A DNA stretch of 60,932 bases, filler included, from Hausera hauseri (lineage: Eukaryota), in the NCBI GenBank assembly GCA_046269625.1. It is 12 parts of 12 records of this genome, joined end to end, with 100 filler letters (N's around TTAATTAATTAA, not from the genome) between each part and the next. Parts side by side here need not be neighbours in the genome. Positions count along the whole stretch, not along the records: positions 50,992 to 56,499 come from JBJURY010239295.1; positions 56,600 to 60,932 come from JBJURY010631552.1; 10 more parts are not named here. One strand, 5' to 3'. The notes beneath the pieces were generated by a model. That model saw only the letters and a program-made list of their open reading frames with translations. It was not told where the DNA came from and ran no database searches. Positions 50,892-60,932 of this stretch are shown piece after piece (within the stretch, counting starts at the first letter, position 1; each line of letters begins with the position of its first letter). Position numbers and translations under genes: made by a program.

Positions 50892-51189
50892 NNNNNNNNN
50901 NNNNNNNNNNNNNNNNNNNNNNNNNNNNNNNNNNNTTAATTAATTAANNNNNNNNNNNNNNNNNNNNNNNNNNNNNNNNNNNNNNNNNNNNTCTCTGCAA
51001 ACGTTTTCAGGTGAACATGAAGGTCAGTATTCTTTGGTATAGTTTTCTTTTGCAGAAACTCTTTGATTTGCTTATCGTCTCATCATCGTGTTGTTTTTGT
51101 AACATCAATTTTTCTTGTTTGGTTATACTCCAGATGGCTGCTATTACACCTGGTTTATACGTTATTTCTTCTTTTTGATCCATTTATTC

Positions 51190-53503
51190 AGGTATTCTTG
51201 ACAAAATCAGCATTTGCGTTGGCCTTACCAGCTTTTTACTCAAACTTTAAGTCGTAGGGCTGAAGTATCATTGCCCATTTCATTAAACGGATATTTGGGT
51301 TCTNNNNNNNNNNTATGATTTTTCAACCACTGTAGCAATTTGTGGTCAGTGTAGAGGACGATTGGTTTAGTTTCCGACAAGTACTATCAGTACTGTTCCA
51401 ACGCATATACTATTGCGAGTAATTCCCTTTCGATCGTGGAAGTTTTTCTCGTGTTTTCTTAACTATCTGCCACCAAACGATATTGGGTGTTCCTGTCATT
51501 GATCGTTTTTTTGTGATAGGACAACTACAATTCCAACTTTACTCGCATCTGTAGCTAAGAAATATGACTTCGACATATTTGGATAAGCCAATATTGGTGG
51601 AGCTAATAATTTATCCTTTAACTGTTGGAACGCTTTTTGACATTCTTGGGTCCAAACGAGTTTAAAGTTTTCTTGTAATAAGGAATGGAACAGAAAGGAT
51701 ATCTGTTGGTAGCCTTTAAAGAATTTTCGATATCCTGTAAGACCGAGGAACTTTCGAACTCGCTTAACTGTTTTCGGGACTGGAAAATCTTGTATTTTAT
51801 TTATTTTTCAAATCTGAGGACTAATGTCTTCGCTGCTTACAGTATGTCCTAAAAATCAACTTTGGTTCTGGCAAAACAACATTTCTTTAAAGTTATTTTT
51901 ATGCCAAGAAGGGCACACCTCTCTAACATATCTTTGAGGTGTTCTTTATGTTGTTCATAGTCACTGGAAGCGATTGACATCATCCACCTAAAACATTATA
52001 CGTGGAACGTCCATCGTTATTATATCCATGGCTGTTTGAAATGTTGCCGGAGAATTTTTCATTCCGAATGCCATTCGGTTAAATTTGTAATGCCCATCTG
52101 CGGTCACGAAAGATGTTTTCTGTTTATCTTCTTCTTGTACTTCTATCGGCCAGAAACGTTTTTATAAATCTAACGTGGTAAATAACATTTTATCTTTCAA
52201 TTTATCCAATAATTCGTCAATTCAAGGTAGTGGATAGATATTGTCTATTGTTACCTCCTTAAGGGCACGGTAAACCATATACATTCTGATAGATCCATCC
52301 TTCTTCCGTACCATTACAATTAGAGCTGCGCATGGAGAATTACTGGGTGTAATTATATCGTGTTTTCTCATTTCAGCTATTATTTCTTTTGATTTTTCTC
52401 TTATCATAATTGAGCCGATATGGCCTCTTTTTAGTAGGGGTTTCTATCCCGGCCTTTAAGTTAATCTCATGTTTAATAACGGGTATTATACCCATGTCAT
52501 ATTCGTCAATAGCTAAGGTATCTTTGTATTGTAATATTTTAATTATGCCTTCTTTTTCAGCATCTGTCAATGTGCTATCCTTACCGAACAAGTCATAATC
52601 GTTCCAGTTAATATGAACGATTAAGAAATTTTATTTTATTATTTTATTAAGATGACTTTTCAACTTATTCATTTGTTTATCTTATAATCCTATTCCTCCT
52701 TCTGTTCTCGGTTTATGTCGTTGCCTTTCCATGAATTCAGACAATTTTTCTACAGTAGAGATAGTAGCTTCCGTTGCGTTATTGCATGTATCTTTTATAT
52801 TATATACATAGGCGATTCTTGTTCCTTTTCTAAGCAACTTAAATTTATTAGAAGCATTAACTATTCGAACAATCACTTGTTGTTCTCGAATGTTATCAAT
52901 TGTATGAGCTAACCATAGCTCATTCTTGTACATGAAGGTTATGTTTGGTTCAATATAAACATCTCCTTTATCTTGACCTTCTACCAAAGCTTTGAGCACA
53001 ATCTCCGTTCTAGCTGGTATTAGCACGTCTTCCTTAATGGCCACTGTGTCCTTTTTCTCATTCTTTGTTTTTCGATATGGCTGGATTTGTTCAGTCTCCA
53101 AGTGTATACACATATCTTTTAATTTTTCTAACGCGTCACATCCGAGTATAGCTGCAGCCACCAATTCGTCGACTATTCTGAATTCCTGTTCCAATTTTTG
53201 GTTAAAAACTTTTGTCTCGCATTTGATTAGATCCTTTACTTGTACTCTAGTTCCAAAATCTCCAACATTTGTAATGTCTTCCGTGGGTTTTTGTAACTTT
53301 TTCTTCAGTTGTTCTGACAGTTGTTTACGTGGGATCATTGAGGCAGATGCACCGGTGTCGATTATAGCTGTAATAGGATATCCATCTATCCAAATTACCG
53401 TTCTCGGAATTACCTTACCTCCTTCTATACTAATTATTAGAGCGTCTTTTGGAGCTGATGGATAAAACATCAGCTTTACATGTTTTGTATCATAATTATC
53501 CAT
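51190..53503 (-). pseudogene. pol: Ty3/Gypsy pol: aspartic protease, RT, RNase H
   Basis: AIIDTGASAS, SNSPCAALIVMVRKKDGSIR, YPLP, RMAFGMKNSPATFQ, *VDD (YxDD), ATDASKVG, ERELLAIV and YTDHK. Confidence 0.93.
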
Positions 53504-53759
53504 ATCGCGTGAGCAATGTATATCTATATATTCATTGCGAGGTATAAAATGTCATTGTTCTATTGGGTATTTACTCCACTTCCTCATTAGTAGGATATCT
53601 GATAACAATGTTCTCCTCTTTTTACTTCGGGCGGTAATCAGACTCCATGTCTTTTTATTATTTTCTACTGGTTTAAGTCTTCTATCGTTTATCTTCTTTA
53701 CTGGAGGTTTATCCTCATCATTATTTCCGTCTTCCTCATTCTTATTGTTATTTTCTGTT

Positions 53760-55610
53760 CCCATTCTGCATCCTTTTTATCAAAAAGCAACTGGCTGTGG
53801 ATGGAATCAGTGCATAAGTAATTTTCCATGTACAACCAGCGGCTTGTTTAATAACACATATCCCTTAGTTATCATGGTAAGAATTGCTTTAATAAAGGCA
53901 AAGATGTAGTAAAATCCTAGCCATCCAGCATTAAACTGACCGAACCACATGTACCATCCCCATGCGGTTGCAAATATATTTTTAGCTATTTTCTTTGAGT
54001 AGTCAGGTCCCATCAAATTTTCCCAGTTAGCTTTCCCGGTGTGATCAGATAACACTTTCATTGCCATCTCCGTTAGAATTTTCTGTCTCTGTTGAGGGAA
54101 CATCATCCTTCTGTGATTTTCCATATCTTTCTCAGAGTACACGCCCGTCTTTACTAGATGTGTTAATGGCTTATACGTTTGTTCAGTTTTTAAATTAATC
54201 AAACTAATTCTCCGAGGTGGAGTAATCTGCTCCTTTTTCGGCATCCTTATCTACAAGTTGTCACTTAGTCAAAATGCTGGCGACATAGTATATGTACAAT
54301 TTTGATGAACATATGGTTTTTCTGCCGGATCCAGTAGTATCCGTGTGATTGGTTGTAAGAAACGCGGCTTTTCCTTGTACCAATCAGGTAACTCCATAGT
54401 ACAGTCAATAGTTGGTCTTAATTTGACAGCTATTTTCGTACACTCGAAAGTTATGAAAGTTTCACCCATCGTTCGAGCGAACTTTCCTTCTGCATCGAGT
54501 GATTGAGATGGACCTTTTATTATTTTATCCGTTATTGCTGACAAATATATCCGATTTCTAATTATTTCCTTATTCAATTTATATTCGTTTAATATTATCT
54601 CTCGACACAGCATAGATATTTTCTTGCTGGAAGTGATAAATAAAATCAATCTTGTTATCGAAATAGAGTCGAGGTTTCACTTCTGATTTATCAATCTTCC
54701 TCTTAGCTTTTATTATTTCTGTTGTGGATAGAAATACCCTTTACAATTTGTTCGAAATACTGTGTGATCACATATCCTGGTATCGCTTTCCAGTTTAAAT
54801 CTCATTCCATCTTGGGGATTTGCTGAATATATTATGGTCGGAGTCTCCATCATATCCGATACTCGGTCTAGTCTGCTCTTAAATATTTCTTCTTTATACA
54901 TTCGTCCTTTTGTTTCATTAAACTTTCCCATTTTTAATAAAGCTAACCGACGCTGATCCCTATCGACTTCGTATGACATAATTGATTCGCTCGTGTCACA
55001 TTCTTTATTATAATAATCACATTCAGGGAATGTCATCATTTTCCCTGAGGATAATTCGAAGAGGGCATAGTATTCTCTCAGCTCAACTTGATAATCTTCA
55101 ATGGCCACTATATTGTCTAAAATTTCGCCATTAATATTGTAGGACTCGACCTTACAATATCCTGTTTTATCAACTGTCTCAGCCGCAAAAATTCTTTTAT
55201 TAATAATTTTTCCTTTCTGAGCCTTGAACCGAATATTCCCAATATTAATATGTTTTGTTACAAAAGCCACTATACACATTCACGTACTTATAGGGAGTGG
55301 CTCGAACGGAGTAATCGGTTCAACTATTTCTGAATTTCGGTACCAATATCCGCAAATAAGGTGAAAGTGATTTTTTTGAACGAAACATTCTTTCACTTTA
55401 GTTTTCACAAATTCCAACTCTTGATAAACGTAGTATTCCTTTTCCGATATTGTAGTTAGTGACGCCGGATTGGTAAATGGACATTTTGCTAAGTTTAGTA
55501 AGGAATATATTGGACCTTCCTTAACTTGACGACAATCGTAAGCAATGATTGAAAGTGCTTTTGATATCAGACTAAGCAGGAGGAGTATAGGTATAACTTT
55601 AGTTAGCCAT
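53760..55610 (-). pseudogene. env: Chuvirus-like class III envelope glycoprotein
   Basis: Signal VIPILLLLSLISKALS then IIAYDC..YSLLNLAKC; MGE...ECTK..V.LRPT.DCTMELP..FLQPITRIL; TGVYSEKDM..HRRMMFP; TM FGQFNAGWLGFYYIFAFIKAILTMITKGY. Cys-rich, about 600 codons. Confidence 0.8.
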
Positions 55611-55619
55611 GATAAATCG

Positions 55620-56499
55620 AGATCTGGTTTTGGGTTTCGCTGGCTTTCTGCTTGTTGGGGTGGATGATATTCTATTCGTTGTTGTGCAATTGGAGCCGAT
55701 TCATGTATTGCTGTATGAACCAAACTGGTAATCCATCCACCTCTGCATTTTACCCATCTTTCGACACTGGATTTTAAGGCTCTTGTAGCGATTTCTATAT
55801 TTCTCTCTATCTCTTTCTAGTTCGGATTTACACCATTTATCACCATTATCTAATATAAGGGATCGGATATTGCTGTCACGATTTTATTTCGGGATATACC
55901 GGTTCCCATCATTCTAGATAATATATCTCTTTCCTGTACCTCATTTATCCTCTCATCCGTAGGGATATCTGCAAATTGTTCACTAATCTTCGCGATCTCA
56001 TTCTTTATAGCTTGCATTAACGAATCCAGTATTTGTAGATTAGTATTGAACTCAACGAATGCAGTATGCGTTCTTGCTAGCAAGGTTTGTAGTAATGTTG
56101 TCAATGATACATTATCTACGTCATATTCATCTTCCGTTGTTAGCAGTCTTAGAACAACTTCGTTGTCTCTGGCTTTCCTGCCTTTCAACTAATAAAGTTT
56201 CGTTGTTCCTTTTGGTCTACCACGGTTTCTTTTATCGGTTTGTATTTGTTCTGATATAGGCATATTCATCCCAACTTTCACTTGTTGAGCCTGATATCGA
56301 TGTTCAGATTCTTGTATTTCTTTTTGCATAACATCAATAATAATTTCGTCAATTACTTCTTGTTCAGTCTGTCTATAAGTAATACACACAGGATTGTATC
56401 GGTTTTCCTAGATACCTGCTTCATATAGAGGTTCATAATCCATCAACGTTCGTCCATAAAAGCGTAACTCTAATTCTCCTTGAGATTGATTTATTTCAT
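55620..56499 (-). pseudogene. Unknown in-frame region upstream of env, with AT-hook-like KRNRGRPKG
   Basis: ORFs 56189..56389, 55850..56188 and 55280..55723 share one frame, separated only by stops; RGRP at 56213-56224. Confidence 0.55.
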
Positions 56500-56599
56500 N
56501 NNNNNNNNNNNNNNNNNNNNNNNNNNNNNNNNNNNNNNNNNNNTTAATTAATTAANNNNNNNNNNNNNNNNNNNNNNNNNNNNNNNNNNNNNNNNNNNN

Positions 56600-56935
56600 C
56601 TCTTAGAAGCACGGTCCTTTTAGCAGTGTGGTCTTTTAGCAGTGTGGTTCTGTTAGCAGCATGGTTCTGTTAGCAGTGTGGTCTTGTTTGCAGCATGATA
56701 CTGCTAGCAGTGTGGTCCTTTTAGCAGTGTGGTCCTTTTAGCAGCACGGTTTGCTTAGCGGTAAGTTCCTGTTAGCTGCATGGTTCTGTTAGCAGTGTGG
56801 TCCTGTTAGCGTCATGGTTCTGTTAGCAGTGAGGTTCTCTTAGAAGCACGGTCCTTTTAGCAGTGTGGTCTTTTAGCAGTGTGGTTCTGTTAGCAGCATG
56901 GTTCTGTTAGCAGCGTGGCCTGTTAGCAGCATATT
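56600..56935. repeat. Minisatellite, ~19-bp unit TGTTAGCAGTGTGGTTC-like
   Basis: Tandem units visible; the same family recurs at 60115-60443. Confidence 0.9.
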
Positions 56936-58108
56936 GTGTTAGGGTTGGGTGCTGTGACAAAGGGAGTCAGGTCAGCAAGGTAGGGGCACCATAGGACCAT
57001 GGGCGAAGAAATTGTCAGCAATGCTGGACCCCTGGCGCACCACATGTGTGGCATAACGGGCGTCGAGGTGCACGTGAAGGGGGTAAAGTGCACAATAGCA
57101 CGTACGGTTATGACATGACTTGATAAGACGGTCATGCACTATTGCGCAAATGTGGGCGCTAATTAACGACGCCATCCCCAACATTTTTCAAATCGCCATG
57201 AAGCATTTCTGCTACCAGGAGGAAAATAAATATTTTTTAATTTAAATATTTTTTCAATAAATACTTTATAGGTACTTTTCTTTTTAATGCCATATAAGTT
57301 TTATCAATTGATGCCAGGTAATTTCTTTAAAATGCCAGATAAGTTTTATTAATTGATAAATAAATGTCAGGTATTTTAAAAAAAATCCAGATATGTTTTA
57401 ATAATTGATAAATAAATGCCTGGTAATTTTTTTTTGTTTGTTATTCAGTTTTGATCAACATCACAAACGTGTCTGCCAGGTATAGTGTTGAAGTATAAAG
57501 AAGAACAAAGATTATATACATAAATTCACATTGAAGTTTTTCAGGAGGTCTTTGCTAACGTCCCATTTGTTTGCATTGAAGTGCAGCCCTGAGGCTTTGA
57601 AAACAAGTGTATTTCCTTTAAAGCCAGCGGCATTTGCCTTTTGTTTTTGACATCATCCGTAAATGGGCTTCTGATGATTTATTTGAATCCGAAGCATTAG
57701 TAAAAGTAACATTAAGAACGTTATGGCGTCTACATTTGACATATGCATCATATACTTAAAAGCACCTGCGTGGTCTGCTGTTTCTGCCTGGTTGGCTCAC
57801 TGGAAGCGCGTAGGGTTACCATACCAGAGGCTCTCTCGACTTGGGTTCGAGACCCATATCCGCTCGATTCGTCGACGCATTCAAGTGAAATATCATTTCA
57901 CATATTTTACATTTGGCTTTTACCTAATATTGCTTTCATGTGTCTTTGCTCTTTTTACTCTCAAACACAGACCAGATAACAGGAGAGCTTACGCTGAGCC
58001 CTTTTTGCTTAGTTACACATGTTTTCTTTTAATGCTCATTGTCAAGCACTTTGGAATCTTTACATCTTCAAATCCACGGGCGTCACAAGCATCTGTAACG
58101 TGGGGGAC

Positions 58109-58112
<4 letters not shown>

Positions 58113-58148
<36 letters not shown>

Positions 58149-58160
58149 GTGTGTGTGTGT
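58113..58160. repeat. (GT)n microsatellite
   Basis: Visible directly. Confidence 0.95.
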
Positions 58161-59325
58161 TTGCGTCGCGTGCACGTGCACCAGTGTGAAAAACATTGTA
58201 CACTTTACAAAAAAAGCAACATTTCATCTAGATTTCCTTACTTTAATTCCATTTAATGCATGTTTCTCACCAAGTTTGTGTAAATTCAGTTGTTTTAAAG
58301 ACATTTGAACTTTGATACACTTCAGATCAGCACTATTTGTGTTTATAGTGGAATAGGGGTAGAGTAGGAGTATATTTCTGTCCCCTGAGGCACATTTCTG
58401 ACCCCCTGAGGTACAACCTGGACTTTTGTACCCCATAAAGGACTAATATCAAACCTTGTGGCACATCACTGTACTTCTTGAGGGCTTAAAAGGTACATTT
58501 TTGTTCCCAAGGAGTTAATGGTACATATATGTACCCTTTATTGATAATTGTAGGGTACAATTTCAGAAGATGAACATCAAGGAAAGAAAAAAATATTAAA
58601 ACAGTGTAATTTGAAGGTAATAAATTCAAAATTTTATTAAATGGTTGAGTGGCTATAGTTAAGTAGACTTGAGCAAAAATTAAATAAAAATACTTAGAAG
58701 TGGATTTGGACATTTAGTGTTTTTAATATCAAAAATTGTTACATTTTATTTTCATGTTATACTTTAATTTGGATCAAATATTTTTTCACATTGCCAAAGG
58801 GCTAGATTTTGTTGCTAACTTTATTTATCAAAACATGTACAAGCAAGTACGGCAATTCACAATTGTGCAAATCTATAGATGGCATAACACAGTAAAAAAT
58901 GAGACCATGAAAGGCAAAACTGATATATATATATATATATATAAAACATTGTGTGCAAGCTCACACACTTTTGTGAGGTTTCAAGGGTCTATTTTCTTGG
59001 AGAATTTGTACGAATTTGTCTAGTGGTTCATTAAATATTTTGCTAACAGACAAATAGTTGATGCCGAAGTTTAAACCAAACCTCTGGCACAATGTGAAGT
59101 GCTTGAAGGACGTGCTGGGGATAACTTTTGGAGACCATCACATTAAATGTTCTCTCCAACATGTGAAATTCCTCAGAGCTACAGTCATCTAAGAGTTTTC
59201 AACAATCAGTTGTGGCAGCCATTTTGAATTACTCTTTTTTAGATGTATATGTAGCTTTTTTTCTAAAACTGAAAGGTATTGACAGAGTTGTACCCATTTC
59301 TGTGTTTGCCCAAGTTGATCAGATG

Positions 59326-59906
59326 TTATTTCTTACATGGCTGTCTGAGGGACTCCATGAGTAGCTGACCCAACTTGACAACATCACATTTAGTCAGAAC
59401 AAACACGCTGTGGCTCTTCTTCAGCTCGTTTGTGCAATCAAGCACCATCATGCCACGAGCGATGGAGCCCTGCAGCTCCACGCGGACCGGACACTCGATG
59501 CTCTCCAGCACCGCGCTGCCATCAATGCAGGCCGCCATCGCATAGGCGTCGTAAGAGACGAAGCCCGGCCCAAAGTATACAACTCTTTGGCTCTTCATCG
59601 CCTCTTTGGAGTAGGCCCAGCACTTAGACGTTATCTTCCTCATGAAGCGAGCCGCCGGAGCATCCTGACTGACCAGCTCTTTGAAGAACTCCTGCACAAA
59701 TTAATCAGCGTGATGTAGGAGAGGCACCACTCAGGCTGGTGTGGTGTGGTGTCGTCCTTCACAGCTGATCCATGGCAGAGCGTTTCTGCACCAGTATTCC
59801 CACGATGCAATGTATGTGGGACAGAGGAATTCTTCCAGAACGATGTAGGCCGACTCTGGATCCATGAAAAAGTTGAACTCTGCACCAAGTGTCACGTTTC
59901 CTTTTC
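59326..59906 (-). CDS. Inosine-uridine-preferring nucleoside hydrolase, last two exons (59770-59906 and 59326-59691)
   Basis: GNVTLGAEFNFFMDPESAYIVL, YDAYAMAACID and VELQGSIARGMMVLD. AG acceptors at both exons; the donor of the 78-nt intron reads AT rather than GT. Confidence 0.85.
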
Positions 59907-60114
59907 CTGCAAAAACAGATTTGTTCAAGCTTCAGTTTGAAGTTTCAATGTTCTGGATTTTTTGTGATAGACCAACACAATAGTAGTGTCTACATGGTAA
60001 ATGGACTGTACTTCTAGAACACCATTCAATCTAATCAAGGTACTCAAATGTCATTACAACACAATCTGTGCCTCATTTACCTCCAACACACACAATCATA
60101 CAACATTAAAAAAA

Positions 60115-60443
60115 GCAGCACGGCCCTTTTAGCAATGTGGTCTGTTAGCAGTGTGGTTCTGTTAGCAGTGTGGTTCTGTTAGCAGCATGGTACTGTTAAC
60201 AGTGTTGTCCTTTAAGCAGCATGGCCCTCTTACCAGTGAGGTTCTCTTTGCAGCATGGTCCTTTTAGCAGTGTGGAACTGTTAGCAGTGTGGTTCTGTTA
60301 GCGGTGTGGTTCTGTTAGCGGAGTGGTACTTTTAGCACTGCGGTTCTGTTAGCGGTGTTGTTCTGTTAGCAGTGTGGTCCTGTTAGAGGTGTGGTTCTGT
60401 TAGCATTCTGTTAGCATTATAGCAATGTGGTTCTGTTAGCAGG
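60115..60443. repeat. Minisatellite, same family as 56600-56935
   Basis: GTTAGCAGTGTGGTTCT units. Confidence 0.9.
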
Positions 60444-60444
60444 T

Positions 60445-60765
60445 CGCCGGTGCCCATGTCCAGCAATCACAGTGCGAGGGGCGGGGTACACCCTGGACGG
60501 GTCACAAGTCCATCACAGGGCCACATAGAGACAAACGAGACAAACAACCATTCACTCTCTCACTCTCACCTAGGGACAAGTCACCAATCAGCCTAACATG
60601 CATGTTTATGGTCTGTGGGAAGAAACCGGAGTACCCGGAGGAAACCCACGCATGCATGGAGAGAACATGCAAACTCCACCCAGAAAGGCCCCCGGACCGG
60701 GATTTGAACCGGCAACCTTCTCGCTGAGAGGCAGCAGCTCTACCAGTTGCGCCACCGTGCTGCCC
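60445..60765 (-). mobile_element. tRNA-derived fish SINE (V-SINE type)
   Basis: Minus-strand head GGGCAGCACGGTGGCGCAACTGG (A box) and GGTTCAAATCC (B box); core GGAGTTTGCATGTTCTC..GGGTACTCCGGTTTC. Confidence 0.8.
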
Positions 60766-60932
60766 GCTTTCAAGATATCTGCAGTTTAATTTGCACTAGT
60801 CAAAACCTTATTTGTGATATCTAAAAATACATTTAAGATATCTTAAATAATGAGTAATTTAAGATATCTTTAATTGTAATTATGACTAGTCAGAACTAAG
60901 ATCGAGATATCTTGAAAGCAAATTATGACTAG

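Noticed and set aside
51190-56499. Alternative genetic code or programmed read-through explaining the in-frame stops
   Set aside because: TAA, TAG and TGA all interrupt frames, and frameshifts and catalytic-site damage (YxDD to *VDD) co-occur, which indicates ordinary decay.
57723-58256. 177-aa ORF
   Set aside because: It runs through a (GT)n repeat, has no motifs, and lies in non-coding fish-like DNA.
60690-60765. tRNA gene
   Set aside because: The A and B boxes belong to the SINE head; I could not see a full cloverleaf.
1-60932. One giant composite virus/retroelement locus
   Set aside because: Linkers separate independent contigs, so cross-contig gene order carries no information.

Overview
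This window is not one locus. It is 12 unrelated contigs of about 4.3-5.6 kb joined by artificial 100-nt linkers (N44-TTAATTAATTAA-N44), so adjacency is meaningful only within a contig. Contigs 1-11 look like repeat-rich DNA of a divergent invertebrate. They carry: (i) decayed Polinton/Maverick DNA-virus pieces (pPolB with an endonuclease-VII/HNH insert, packaging ATPase, integrase with chromodomain, major and minor capsid, adenain protease, pX-like gene); (ii) Ty3/Gypsy LTR retrotransposon pieces; (iii) two unrelated classes of viral envelope gene; (iv) mosaics of broken housekeeping-gene copies (CHD1, DDB1, ORC3, NAA15). Contig 12 looks like teleost fish DNA (nucleoside hydrolase exons, V-SINE, minisatellite). 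Top candidates for novelty: (1) a Gypsy element with a chuvirus-like class III glycoprotein placed upstream of, and apparently in frame with, PR-RT-RNaseH; (2) a Polinton accessory cassette encoding a divergent TATA-binding protein, dUTPase, a DnaQ/Maelstrom-like nuclease and a RING ligase. All family calls come from motif recognition by eye with no database search, and the boundaries of degenerate genes are approximate.
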